Positions 8,965 through 18,381 of a DNA stretch of 51,515 bases are shown here, one piece after another; positions within the stretch are counted from its first letter, which is position 1; every line of letters starts with the position of its first letter. The notes below the pieces were generated by a model. The model worked only from the letters and a program-made list of their open reading frames with translations, ran no database searches and was not told the origin of the DNA. This DNA is from Acidimicrobiales bacterium (GTDB taxonomy: Bacteria > Actinomycetota > Acidimicrobiia > Acidimicrobiales > Bog-793). Location of the stretch: positions 1 to 51,515 of the forward strand of contig JBOGHY010000036.1 in assembly GCA_050742375.1 (NCBI GenBank), in the 5' to 3' direction. Position numbers and translations under genes: made by a program.

Positions 8965-10574
8965 AAGATCTTGAAGTCGTAGTTGAAAAGCGGCCGGCCG
9001 GTCCTGGCCGGGGCTACGCCGTGGACCCGCTTGCCGTGCCCGTCGATGAGCGGCGGAAAGAAGGGGATGATGTAACCGCCGCTGTCGTAGTCGATCCGCT
9101 GGAGCTCATGCGCGATCGCGTAGCGCTTGGTGTCGTCGACCGTGGCGAGAGCCCTCTCGTAAAGGGCGATGTACCTGTGGTCGTCCCAATGGGTCTCGTT
9201 ATAGGGCGACTTCGGCAGCGTCGCGAAGCCGATCTGGGGGAGGTAGCCGTAGTAGCCCCAGAAATCCTGGGCGAAGGTCCAGTTCAAGTACTCGGGCCCG
9301 AAGAAGTCGGTCGGGGTGACCTGGTCGAGGTTCACGGTGACGCCCGCCGCCTGTGCCTGCTGCTTGAAGACCTCGGCGGACTTGAGCACTCCTTCGGCAA
9401 TGTTTCCCGTGACTATGGTGACCGTCAGGTGCTCGTGGCCGGCCTTCTTCAAGAGGTACTTCGCCTTGTGGATGTCCGGATGACGTTGAGGAAGCGATCT
9501 GTCGTAAGCCGGGTCGAAAATGCCAAAGACGTCAGTTCCCAGTGTCCCGTGACCCCCGAAGACGACTTCCATCATCTCGCGGCGATCGACGATGAGACGG
9601 AAGGCCTCGCGGACGCGAGGGTCCTTGAAAGGAGCGCGGTCAACCCGCATCGTGAACGGGGTCCACCCGCCGCTGTCGGAGATCACGATATCAGCGCCAC
9701 CGCTGCGCACGGGGGGAACGGCGTCGTAGGAGAGGAGGTTGACAACGTCGACCTGTCCGTTGACGAGCGCATTTACCTGGCTCTCCTCATCGGGGTAGTC
9801 GGCGATGATCACCTCGTCCACATAGGGAAGCTCTGATTGCCAGTAATTCCCGTTACGAGTGAAGACGCTCTCGACACCTGGAGTGAAGGACTTGAATTTG
9901 AAAGGCCCCGTGCCCACCGGTCGCCTCGGATCGAAATCGACGGGGATGATGTTGTAGTAGTAGAGCGGGAGGGTTTCAAGGAACGTGGCGAATGGCCTCT
10001 TGCAGGGGATCCGCACGGTCAGCTTGTCGAGCTTGCTCATGCCGGCGGCATCCACAAAGCTCATCGCGCTGGCGCCGGCTGCCGGGTTCTTCGGATTCAG
10101 AATCTGACGGAAGGTGTAGATCACGTCCTCTGCGGTCAGGTCCTTTCCGTTGTGGAAGGTGACGCCCTCTCTCAGGCGGACGGTCCACGAAGTGGCGTCC
10201 CTGTTCGGCGTCACCTCTCTTGCGAGCGAGAGCACCGGATGCGCCTCGCGGTTGTGCACGACGAGGGAGTCGTAGAGTTGGTAGGTGCGGGCGTAGTCGG
10301 TCTCGTTGAGCGGGTTCAACGGGTCGACTGTGTCGGCGGTCGTGCCACCCGAGAGCGCCGCCCGAAGCGTGCCTCCGTGCCTCTTACGCGTCGCGCCCCT
10401 GGCGGGGACGGTGGCGCCCCAGGCGCTCGGATCGATCGCGGCGTCGAGGAGCGCACCCGCCCCGAGCGCGGCACCGGACATAAGTCCCCGGCGGAGCAGC
10501 TCCCGTCTCGAAAGCTCGTTGCGAGGCCGTGCTCCTTGGCGGCGCGGTGGCGTGGCGGGCTCGTAGACGTCCAT
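8952..10574 (-). CDS. ABC transporter substrate-binding protein, family 5 (peptide/nickel/opine type), Tat signal
   Basis: ATG at 10574, twin-arginine leader SRRELLRRGLMSGAALGAGALL, and family-5 core motifs. No adjacent permease or ATPase. Confidence 0.9.
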   Translation of the reverse strand: MDVYEPATPPRRQGARPRNELSRRELLRRGLMSGAALGAGALLDAAIDPSAWGATVPARGATRKRHGGTLRAALSGGTTADTVDPLNPLNETDYARTYQLYDSLVVHNREAHPVLSLAREVTPNRDATSWTVRLREGVTFHNGKDLTAEDVIYTFRQILNPKNPAAGASAMSFVDAAGMSKLDKLTVRIPCKRPFATFLETLPLYYYNIIPVDFDPRRPVGTGPFKFKSFTPGVESVFTRNGNYWQSELPYVDEVIIADYPDEESQVNALVNGQVDVVNLLSYDAVPPVRSGGADIVISDSGGWTPFTMRVDRAPFKDPRVREAFRLIVDRREMMEVVFGGHGTLGTDVFGIFDPAYDRSLPQRHPDIHKAKYLLKKAGHEHLTVTIVTGNIAEGVLKSAEVFKQQAQAAGVTVNLDQVTPTDFFGPEYLNWTFAQDFWGYYGYLPQIGFATLPKSPYNETHWDDHRYIALYERALATVDDTKRYAIAHELQRIDYDSGGYIIPFFPPLIDGHGKRVHGVAPARTGRPLFNYDFKILWLD

Positions 10575-10622
10575 CTCTTAACCTCTCTCTCGCAGATGCC
10601 GGAGTGAAACCTACCTGTTGCG
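10474..10622. repeat. Copy 1 of a ~149-bp dispersed direct repeat (first ~34 codons plus 47-nt leader of the SBP gene)
   Basis: Aligned by eye to 11901-12049 with about 11-12 mismatches and no gaps (~92% identity). Confidence 0.85.
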
Positions 10623-10776
10623 GCGCCAGACCCGTTTTCCACACGTGAAGGGCTAAGGCTGCCCGTGAACTGCCGGTTGTGCTTCCAAGTGCTAGGGCTC
10701 CAGCGCGGCCTTCTCTGACGAGGTCTGCTGACGTGCTGGCCGGGCTCTGGGGCTCAAGTCGTTGGCCGGCCGCCGG

Positions 10777-11847
10777 TCAGGAGCTCTTTGCACCATCGGC
10801 GCCGTCGACCGGGGCGTAGCGGCGCGCCTCGTCGCCATAGGCATAGTGCTTGGTCATGTCGGCCGAGTAGCGCGACGCCGGTGGCGTCCGCCCGAGCGCC
10901 TCAGCCATGGCACGGATGTGATGCGGCCCTGCACCGCAGCAGACGCCGAGGTAGCGAACGCCGGCGGCGTAGGCAAGTCCCGTGAAGTCGGCGATCTCTT
11001 GGCGGGTACAGGTAAAGGGGTCGAGGCCGACGGGGAACGGCCGTACTCCGGTCATCGGGTCGCTCAGCGACTGCATCGCGGGCGCGCCGTAGTGGGTCCT
11101 GTAGGGCACCGGCAGCGCCGCCACCGGCACGCTCACGCTCCTCAGGATCGAGTCGAGGAAGGAGAGCATCGTCTTTGGCCCGAGGCAGCAGTTCAGCCCG
11201 ACGACGTCGGCCCCGGCGTCCTCGAGGCGCTTGGCCGTCTCCGCCGCGCTCCACTTCTCCGTGACGGCGTGGCGATGGGAGTCTTCGAAGTGAGGGACGA
11301 AGGTGACGACGGCAGGCAGCCCGGCCTCTTTGATGACGTCGCACGCGATGACCGCTTCCCCGTCGGCGCTAAAGGTCTCGCCGATGACGAAGTCGACCCC
11401 GGCGTCGAGCGCCCACTGCACCTGCTCGGCGAACATCGCCTTCACCTGCTTCTCGGCGCCGGGGTCGGGCCGGTACACGGTGGTGTTCGAGATGTTGCCC
11501 GCAAAGAGAGTGCCCGACTCTTGTGCCACCTGCTTCGCGATGTCGAGCGCTTGACGGTTCAACGGCTCGAGGACGTCTTCCTTCCCGATGACCCGGAGCT
11601 TCTCTCGATGGCCGTAGTAGGTGAAGGCCTCGACCACATCGCTGCCGGCATGAACGAAATCTCGGTGCAGTTGGGTGACAACCTCGGGATGCTCGAGCAC
11701 CACCTCGGGCACGTACGCACCGGCCTGGAGATACCCGCGGCGCTCGCACTCGAAGAGGTATCCCTCGGCGCAGACGACGGCCTCACCGCCCTCGAGCCTG
11801 TCGAGCAGCCCCCGCCTCTTAGCCAGCGCACTCTCGTCAGACGACAC
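10777..11847 (-). CDS. Homocysteine S-methyltransferase family protein (betaine-homocysteine methyltransferase-like)
   Basis: GTG start. BHMT-like N-terminus VVCAEGYLFECERRGYLQAGAYVPEVVLEHPEVV. Zinc-ligand cysteines are present (GLNCCLG and GVCCGAGPHHI). Confidence 0.85.
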   Translation of the reverse strand: MSSDESALAKRRGLLDRLEGGEAVVCAEGYLFECERRGYLQAGAYVPEVVLEHPEVVTQLHRDFVHAGSDVVEAFTYYGHREKLRVIGKEDVLEPLNRQALDIAKQVAQESGTLFAGNISNTTVYRPDPGAEKQVKAMFAEQVQWALDAGVDFVIGETFSADGEAVIACDVIKEAGLPAVVTFVPHFEDSHRHAVTEKWSAAETAKRLEDAGADVVGLNCCLGPKTMLSFLDSILRSVSVPVAALPVPYRTHYGAPAMQSLSDPMTGVRPFPVGLDPFTCTRQEIADFTGLAYAAGVRYLGVCCGAGPHHIRAMAEALGRTPPASRYSADMTKHYAYGDEARRYAPVDGADGAKSS

Positions 11848-11900
11848 CGTCTCTCATCTCCCCTCTTCTGTGGTGCTCACCGGTCTAGTGGGTGACCTGG

Positions 11901-12049
11901 CCGGTCATAAGTCCCCGGCGGAGCAGCTCCCGTCTCGAACGCTGGTTTCAAGGCCGTGCTCCTTGGCGGCGCGGTGGCGTGGTGGGCCCGTAGACGTCCA
12001 TCTCTTCACCTCTCTCTCGCAGATTCCGGAGTGAAACCTACCTGTTGCG
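11901..12049. repeat. Copy 2 of the ~149-bp direct repeat, located upstream of the methyltransferase gene
   Basis: Same sequence as 10474-10622 at ~92% identity. It ends at the same leader position (…cctgttgcg). Confidence 0.85.
11948..12001 (-). pseudogene. Truncated duplicate of the SBP 5' end (17 codons then TGA), a possible uORF
   Basis: ATG GAC GTC TAC GGG CCC ACC ACG CCA CCG CGC CGC CAA GGA GCA CGG CCT TGA. It keeps the same GAGAGAGAGGTGAAGAG Shine-Dalgarno context as the intact SBP gene. Confidence 0.6.
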
Positions 12050-12156
12050 ACACCGAGAGCGGTCACCTAGAGTCAACTCCGTCCACTGACAGAGGACGCT
12101 GCGGCCACGACCCGGCGCCGGACCGTATCCCAATGCTGTGTGTGCAGGAGGTTGCC

Positions 12157-14361
12157 ATGGCCCGCGACGCGAAGTACGACGTGCTCTTCGAACCGGTCCA
12201 GATCGGGCCGAAGACTTTGAAGAACCGCTTCTACCAGGTCCCCCACTGCATCGGAGCGGGCTCGGAAAAGCCCGGCATGCAGGCCTACCACCGGGGCATC
12301 AAGGCCGAGGGCGGCTGGGCTGCCTGCTGCACGGAGTACTGCTCGATCAGCCCCGAGTCAGACGACACGATGCGCGTGTCGGCGCGGATCTGGGACGACG
12401 GCGATATCCAGAACCTGGCGGCGATGTGCGAACGGCTCCACCAGTACGGGGCCCTCGCCGGCATCGAGCTCTGGTACGGCGGTCCGCACGCCCCCTGCCA
12501 CGAGTCGCGCGACACTCCGAGAGGACCCTCCCAGATCGCCTCGGAATTCGAGTCCAACATCTACCCGCGCTATGCCGACGAAGACGACATCGCGCTGCTG
12601 CAGAAGTACTACGTCGACGCGGCCCTACGAGCCAAAGGGGCCGGCTTCGACATCATCTACGTCTACGGAGCCCACAGCTACCTGCCGCTTCAGTTCCTGT
12701 CGCCGTGGACGAACAAGCGCACGGACCGCTACGGCGGCAGCTTCGAGAACCGCGCCCGCTTCTGGCGAGAGAGCCTCGAGAAGGTGCGCGAGGCCGTGGG
12801 CGACACCTGCGCCATCGCCTCACGCTTCGCCGTCGACTCGCTCTACGGCGCCGCCGGCGTCGAGCTCGAAAAGGACGGCGTCCGCTTCGTCGAGTACTGC
12901 GACGAGCTCGTCGACTTGTGGGACCTAACCGTCGGCGACATCGCCGAGTGGGGCCAGAACGCCGGGCCGTCGCGCTTTTTCGAGGAGAACCACGAAAAGC
13001 CCTATACAGGGACGATCAAGCCGGGCAACCACACGAACAAGCCCGTGGTCGGCGTCGGGCGCATCGTCAGCCCCGACACGATGGTCGCCGTCATCAACTC
13101 GGGACAATTCGACCTGATCGGCGCCGCAAGACCTTCCATATCCGATCCATTCCTCCCAAAGAAGATCGAAGAAGGCCGTCTCGACGACATCCGGGAGTGC
13201 ATCGGCTGCAACCAGTGCATCTCACGCTGGGAGATCGGCGGGCCGCCGATGGTCTGCACCCAGAACGCCACCGCGGGCGAGGAGTACCGCCGCGGCTGGC
13301 ATCCCGAGCGCTTTCACAAGGCGGCCAACGCCGACAAGGGTGTCCTCGTCGTCGGCGCCGGCCCAGCCGGGATGGAGTGCGCCATGATCCTCGGCAGGCG
13401 GGAGATGTCGGCTGTCCACCTCGTCGAGGCGTCCAAGGAGATCGGCGGCAACGTGAACTGGGTCTCCTCACTCGGGCACTCAGACGGAAAGGAGAACATC
13501 TTCCGCGGCACGGCGCGCGGTCTCGGGGATTGGAAGCGAGTCGTCAACTACCGCCAGATCCAGCTCGACAAGCTGCGCAATGTCGAGGTGCACACCTCGT
13601 CGCGTCTGAGCGCCGCAGAGGCGAGGGAGTACGGCGCCGAGATCGTCGTTGTCGCCACCGGCTGCCACTGGGCCACCGACGGCCTCAACTCGGTCACCCA
13701 CGACACGATCCCCGGGGCCGACACCTCGACGGACTGGCAGCTCACCCCGGACCAGGTGGCGCTCGGCACCAAGCCCGTCGGCCATCGCGTCCTCATCTTG
13801 GACAACGAGGCCTACTACATGGGCGTGACGATCGCGCAGAAGCTCGCCGGCGAAGGCCACGAGGTCTACCTCCTCACCCAGCGCGGGGAGCTCGCAAAGT
13901 ACATGGAGTTCACCCTCGAGGCGCCGATGATGCACCGTGAACTGCATCGTCTGGGGGTGCACATGTACACCGAGACGATGATCGAAGCTCTGTCTCCAGG
14001 GGTCGTAAAGTCCTACAACGTCTGGGATCCCTCCCACAAGGAGAACTTCGAGGTCGACTCCGTCGTGCTCTGCACGGCCCGGGTGTCCGACGACGAGCTC
14101 TACCACGAACTCAAGTCAGACCCTGTCGCCCTCGAGGCCAACGGCGTCGAGGGCGTCTACCTGATCGGGGATGCCGCCGCGCCGAAGATGATGGTCGACT
14201 GCATCTTCGACGGACATCGCCTGGCGCGGGAGATCGACAGCCCCAACCCGGCCATCCCGCTGCCGTTCATTCGCGAGCGCCGCCTTTGGGGAAGCGTCGA
14301 CAACAAGTCCTACGAGGCGCAGCTCCTCGCCAGCAGCGACATGGATCCGATGCCCGCCTGA
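12157..14361 (+). CDS. Trimethylamine/dimethylamine dehydrogenase family iron-sulfur flavoprotein
   Basis: ATG 12157 follows gcaggagg. OYE-like N-terminus with YQVPHC (Cys31 aligns with the 6-S-cysteinyl-FMN Cys30 of TMADH). The 4Fe-4S motif CIGCNQCISRWE...CTQN and ADP-binding VLVVGAGPAGMECA are present. At 734 aa it is similar in length to TMADH and DMADH. Confidence 0.85.
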   Translation: MARDAKYDVLFEPVQIGPKTLKNRFYQVPHCIGAGSEKPGMQAYHRGIKAEGGWAACCTEYCSISPESDDTMRVSARIWDDGDIQNLAAMCERLHQYGALAGIELWYGGPHAPCHESRDTPRGPSQIASEFESNIYPRYADEDDIALLQKYYVDAALRAKGAGFDIIYVYGAHSYLPLQFLSPWTNKRTDRYGGSFENRARFWRESLEKVREAVGDTCAIASRFAVDSLYGAAGVELEKDGVRFVEYCDELVDLWDLTVGDIAEWGQNAGPSRFFEENHEKPYTGTIKPGNHTNKPVVGVGRIVSPDTMVAVINSGQFDLIGAARPSISDPFLPKKIEEGRLDDIRECIGCNQCISRWEIGGPPMVCTQNATAGEEYRRGWHPERFHKAANADKGVLVVGAGPAGMECAMILGRREMSAVHLVEASKEIGGNVNWVSSLGHSDGKENIFRGTARGLGDWKRVVNYRQIQLDKLRNVEVHTSSRLSAAEAREYGAEIVVVATGCHWATDGLNSVTHDTIPGADTSTDWQLTPDQVALGTKPVGHRVLILDNEAYYMGVTIAQKLAGEGHEVYLLTQRGELAKYMEFTLEAPMMHRELHRLGVHMYTETMIEALSPGVVKSYNVWDPSHKENFEVDSVVLCTARVSDDELYHELKSDPVALEANGVEGVYLIGDAAAPKMMVDCIFDGHRLAREIDSPNPAIPLPFIRERRLWGSVDNKSYEAQLLASSDMDPMPA

Positions 14362-14437
14362 GTGCGATTGGCACAGCCACACCGGCGCTCTCGTCGCGGG
14401 CCGGCCGGATGGCGCCTGTCGACCGGTCCAGCTTCGT

Positions 14438-16600
14438 TTAGGGGGTGGCATTCGAGTCGGCGGGCGCCGTTGGAGGAGTGGGCATCCGCTCGTCCGGGCC
14501 GAGCGACTCCAAGACGAGCTCGGCGAGCTCCCTCAGCTCGATCTCGCCCTCGTGGCCAGAGGTCTTGATGGCGTCGGAGTACATCGTCACGTCCTTCGGG
14601 CAGGTCACCACGAAATAGTCGATCGGGCCGAGCGCGGTCGCCTCGTCGATGCGCTGCTCGCTCGTGCGCCGCGATCCGGGTGACGCCTTCTCCTTCATCC
14701 AGATGCGGCCGCCACCGGCTCCGCAGCAGAGCGAGTTATCGCGGTTGCGGCCCATCTCGACGAGCTCGCAGCCGATGAGCTCGAGCACTCGCCTCGGCGC
14801 CTCGTAGACCCCGTTGTAACGGCCGAGCATGCAGGGGTCGTGGTAGGTCACCTTGTACCCGAGCCGGCGCGTCGGGGTGAGCCGGCCGGCCCGGAGCAAT
14901 TCGTGGATCACCTCGGAGTGGTGCACCACCTGCCAGCTGCCGCCGAAGGCCGGGTACTCGTTCTTCAAGGTGTGGTAGCTGTGTGGGTCCGAGGACAAGA
15001 TGCGCGAGAACCTGCAGGAAGAGATCGCCTTGACGTTCTCCTCGGCGAGGGAGGCGAACAGGCCCTCCTCGCCGGCCCGACGCACGTCACAGCCCGCCGT
15101 GCGCTCGCCTTCGTAGAGGATGCCGAAGTCGACACCGCTCCTGTCGAGGATTTGGGCGATCGCCCGGGAGACGCGCTGGCTGCGGGGATCGAAGGAGGCG
15201 TAGTCGCCGACGAACCAGAGCAGCTCGACGGCCTCTTTCCTGGCGTCCTTCAGACGAAAGTCGAGCGACTCGCTCCACCTCGGGCGCCTTCGTCTGGGTT
15301 CGCCGAAGGAATTGCCGCTCTCGTAGATCGTCTCAAGGGTCGACTGCAGCAGCGGGTCCATCTCGCCCTCCTCGACGAGGCGACGTCGGAACTGGTTGAT
15401 GATCGGCACGTGCTCGATCCCGACCGGGCAGATCTCCACGCAGGCCATGCACTGGGTGCAGGACCAGATCGACTCTGGCCGCACGAGGTCACCGAGCACC
15501 CGCCAAGAAGGGGCCCGGCCGGCCGGCTCTCCGTTCACGCCCGCGGCGCCGGGGCCGACGCCGAGGGCGCGGTGGGCACCGAAGGCGGCCTCCGAGACCT
15601 CTCGCAGGTCGAGCACGAGGTCGCGGGGCGAGAGCGGGTAGCCGGCGGCGGCGGCCGGACAGGCATCGGTGCACTTGCCGCACTTCGTGCAGGCGTCGAG
15701 CGACAAAAGGTGGGCCCAGCTGAGATCGGTCAGCTCGGCGTAGCCGACCTCCTCGGAAGCCGCCTCGGCGGCAAGCGGCTGGAGGATCTTTCCGGCCGTA
15801 GGGTCGCGCAGGGCGAGGTTGGCCGGGGCGACGATCATGTGCATCGCCTTGGTGAAGGGGATCGACGACACGAACATGAGCGCGGCGACCCCGTGGAACC
15901 ACCAGAGCACGTGGTGGGCGAGCCCGGCACTCCGGCCGACGAGGCCCATCCACCGGAACCACTCCATCAGCACCCATCCGACCGGCGACCAGGCGGCGAC
16001 CCGTGGAGCCGCCTCTGCCAGGTAGAAGCCTTCGAGGACGAAGCCCGTCAACGCCAGCGCGGCGAGCGTCGAGACGAAGACGGCGTCGCCCGCACGGTAA
16101 AGAGCGCGCTCCGACTCGCCCGACGGGCGGTCGGGCCTGGCGTAGTCGAGGCGGCGCGGGCGGCGCAGCCATCGGTTGGCCGCCAGGAGCGCCAGTCCGC
16201 CCAACAGGAGGAGTCCGGCCACGTCGAGGGCGAGCTTGTATCCCTCGTAAAAGCCGCCCTCCCAGAATCGCCAACCGAAGATCGGCTTCGTGACGTCCAC
16301 TTGGAGCCCGAGGATGATCGTCCCGGCGAAGAGCGCCACAAAGCCGTAGAAGACCAGCAGATGCCCGGCACCGGCGAGGTGATCGCGCCGGCGGATGAAG
16401 CGGTGCGAAAGGACGACGGCGAGCATCTGCTCGGCACGCCGCACCAGGTGTGAGATCGGCTGACGGCGCCCGGCTCGGTACTTCGAGACGAGCATCGCCA
16501 CGCCCCAGACGAACACGGCCGTCGACGCCACGATGAGGCCGTACCAGGCGATGACCTCGCCGTGGGAAAGGCCGGCGAAGACCGGCCGGGTCTCCCCCAT
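14438..16600 (-). CDS. Membrane-anchored Fe-S oxidoreductase (NarI-like TM domain, 2x[4Fe-4S] and two CCG domains), EtfD-like
   Basis: N-terminal multi-TM region, CTKCGKCTDACP and CTQCMACVEICP motifs, and C-terminal HdrD/GlpC-type CCG motifs (HDPCMLGR, LCCGAGGG). It lies immediately downstream of etfBA. Confidence 0.85.
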   Translation of the reverse strand: MGETRPVFAGLSHGEVIAWYGLIVASTAVFVWGVAMLVSKYRAGRRQPISHLVRRAEQMLAVVLSHRFIRRRDHLAGAGHLLVFYGFVALFAGTIILGLQVDVTKPIFGWRFWEGGFYEGYKLALDVAGLLLLGGLALLAANRWLRRPRRLDYARPDRPSGESERALYRAGDAVFVSTLAALALTGFVLEGFYLAEAAPRVAAWSPVGWVLMEWFRWMGLVGRSAGLAHHVLWWFHGVAALMFVSSIPFTKAMHMIVAPANLALRDPTAGKILQPLAAEAASEEVGYAELTDLSWAHLLSLDACTKCGKCTDACPAAAAGYPLSPRDLVLDLREVSEAAFGAHRALGVGPGAAGVNGEPAGRAPSWRVLGDLVRPESIWSCTQCMACVEICPVGIEHVPIINQFRRRLVEEGEMDPLLQSTLETIYESGNSFGEPRRRRPRWSESLDFRLKDARKEAVELLWFVGDYASFDPRSQRVSRAIAQILDRSGVDFGILYEGERTAGCDVRRAGEEGLFASLAEENVKAISSCRFSRILSSDPHSYHTLKNEYPAFGGSWQVVHHSEVIHELLRAGRLTPTRRLGYKVTYHDPCMLGRYNGVYEAPRRVLELIGCELVEMGRNRDNSLCCGAGGGRIWMKEKASPGSRRTSEQRIDEATALGPIDYFVVTCPKDVTMYSDAIKTSGHEGEIELRELAELVLESLGPDERMPTPPTAPADSNATP

Positions 16601-16638
16601 CGCTCAACGGCTCATGGCGAGGCGGGACGCGCTCCGGA

Positions 16639-17580
16639 TCAATACAGCTTCTCGAGCTCGTCGGCGACCTCGAGGACGTCGACGACCGCCCCATAGTGGG
16701 CGACGGAGAAGATGGCTGCCTCGGGGTCGGTGTTCACCGCGATGATGGTCCCGGCCGACTTCATGCCGGCGAGGTGCTGCACTGCGCCGGAGATGCCGAA
16801 CGCCAGGTACACCTTCGGCTTCACGGTCCGCCCGGACTGGCCGACCTGGCGCGAGCTCGGCATCCAGCCGGCGTCGACGAGCGGCCGGGACACCGCCAAG
16901 GTGGCTCCCATCTTCCCCGCCAGGCGCTCGAAGCGGACGACGTTGTCCCGTTCTCCGATCCCGCGGCCAAGGGAAAGTAGGAAGTCAGCCGAGGTGATGT
17001 CGACGTCGCCCACGGGGGCCTCTACGAAAGACAAATGGCGAGCCCGCGATTCCGGCGCCTCGATCGAGATCTCGGTGACGGCGGCCGTCCCTCCAGGTTC
17101 CGCCGGCTCCCAGACCGTGGGCCGCAGCAGCACGATGGCGGGCGGGGCGCCGACGAGCTCGACCTCGGCGTGCAACTTGGAGCCGTAGAAAGCCCGCCTC
17201 GCCATGATCGAGCTGCCGCGCCGTGCGAGGGCAAAGACGTCACTTGCAAAGCCGGTGCCGAGGCGGGCGGCGACCGCCGGCAGGTAGCCCATCGCGCTAA
17301 CCGTGAAGCCGCCGAGAACGATGTCAGGGGTCCGCGTGGCCACCAGGGTCTGAACGGCGTGCTGGTAGACGTCGCTCTCGAACTCGCCACTCCCCGAGGC
17401 GACCGCGAGGACCTCGTCGACCCCTTTTAGATTGGCGGCGCCCGCCATTGCGGCCGGATCGCCGGCGACGACGGCGACGCTGACCGGCCCGCCGAGCTCC
17501 CGGGCGGCGGTGACCAGCTCTTTCGTCACGTCACGGAGCCTTCCCTGGAGGTGCTCGGCGACGACGAGGACGCCGCTCAT
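16639..17580 (-). CDS. etfA: Electron transfer flavoprotein subunit alpha
   Basis: C-terminal FAD-binding signature RPLVDAGWMPSSRQVGQSGRTVKPKVYLAFGISGAVQHLAGM. The start overlaps the etfB stop by 4 nt. Confidence 0.9.
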   Translation of the reverse strand: MSGVLVVAEHLQGRLRDVTKELVTAARELGGPVSVAVVAGDPAAMAGAANLKGVDEVLAVASGSGEFESDVYQHAVQTLVATRTPDIVLGGFTVSAMGYLPAVAARLGTGFASDVFALARRGSSIMARRAFYGSKLHAEVELVGAPPAIVLLRPTVWEPAEPGGTAAVTEISIEAPESRARHLSFVEAPVGDVDITSADFLLSLGRGIGERDNVVRFERLAGKMGATLAVSRPLVDAGWMPSSRQVGQSGRTVKPKVYLAFGISGAVQHLAGMKSAGTIIAVNTDPEAAIFSVAHYGAVVDVLEVADELEKLY

Positions 17581-18362
17581 GAGAGCCTCGCGGCGACGAG
17601 CTCGGCGACTCGCCTGGCGACCTCAACGGCACCTGAGCCGAGGAGCTCGGCTCCGCCTCCCCTGTCGGGCACGAACATCTTCTCGATCCGGTAGCAGCCC
17701 TCGCCCCCGGAGGGCGCCGCGATGACGTCGATCTCCTTCAGATTCGCCTGCTTGATGGCTCTGAGGGTCGCGTAGCGAGGCTCGTTGATACCCGTCTGGA
17801 TCGTGAGCAGGGCCGGCAGGTCGACCTCGACGATGTCCACAAGGCCCCCCTCGAGCTCTCGGTGCACCGTGGCGCGGCCCCCGCCGTCGGCAAGGGTGAT
17901 CTCGGTCACGACCGCCACCCGGGCGATGCCGAGCAACTCGGCGAGCATCGTGCCCGTAGCCGCCTGGACGCTGTCGCTCGACTGCACGCCACAGAGCACG
18001 AGGTCGGGCTCTTCTTTCGCGAGCGCTGCGGCGAGGGACTGCGCCACAGTGAGCGGATCCGGGCTCGAGGCGTCGAGCTCGACCCGTCGTGCTCGATGGG
18101 CTCCCATCGCCAGGCACCGGCGCAAGACGGCGTCTGCCTCCTCGCCGCCGGCGGTGACGGCGAGCACCTCACCACCTTCGGGACATGCGTCGGCGAGCAA
18201 GAGCGCCTCCTCGAGTGCACAGGCGTCCCACTCGTTGAGGGAACGCTCGAGGTAGTCAGGATCGACGTCGAGCCCGTCGGCACGCAGCTCCACCTCGTCT
18301 GAGAGCACGCCCACCTGCTTCACGCACACAACCGCCCTCACGACAGGCCCCCGGCGCGACAA
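17577..18362 (-). CDS. etfB: Electron transfer flavoprotein subunit beta
   Basis: VVCVKQV...NEWDACALEEAL...VLCGVQSSD. The track start is TTG 18362. GTG 18341 gives the typical short N-terminus. Confidence 0.85.
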   Translation of the reverse strand: MSRRGPVVRAVVCVKQVGVLSDEVELRADGLDVDPDYLERSLNEWDACALEEALLLADACPEGGEVLAVTAGGEEADAVLRRCLAMGAHRARRVELDASSPDPLTVAQSLAAALAKEEPDLVLCGVQSSDSVQAATGTMLAELLGIARVAVVTEITLADGGGRATVHRELEGGLVDIVEVDLPALLTIQTGINEPRYATLRAIKQANLKEIDVIAAPSGGEGCYRIEKMFVPDRGGGAELLGSGAVEVARRVAELVAARLS

Positions 18363-18381
18363 CGATGCCCCTGCGGGAAAC

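Noticed and set aside
10575-10622. Possible riboswitch in the duplicated 47-nt leader
   Set aside because: The leader is too short, and I could not fold it into or match it to any riboswitch class I know (SAM, THF, glycine, cobalamin). I treat it only as a duplicated leader.
12138-13940. 600-aa Arg-rich ORF in an alternative frame of the TMADH-like gene. The ORFs at 18841..20343, 31275..32717, 35013..35618 and 35612..36442 are similar.
   Set aside because: The extreme Arg/Pro/His/Gly composition has no motifs. Each overlaps, on the same strand, a gene with unambiguous family signatures. They are frame-shifted shadows.
14362-14437. Possible bidirectional terminator between the convergent TMADH-like and EtfD-like genes. 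The same question applies to 20435-20500 and 38859-38934.
   Set aside because: Only short GC stems (5-6 bp) with long loops or no U-tract are present. This does not convincingly distinguish them from background GC-rich self-complementarity.
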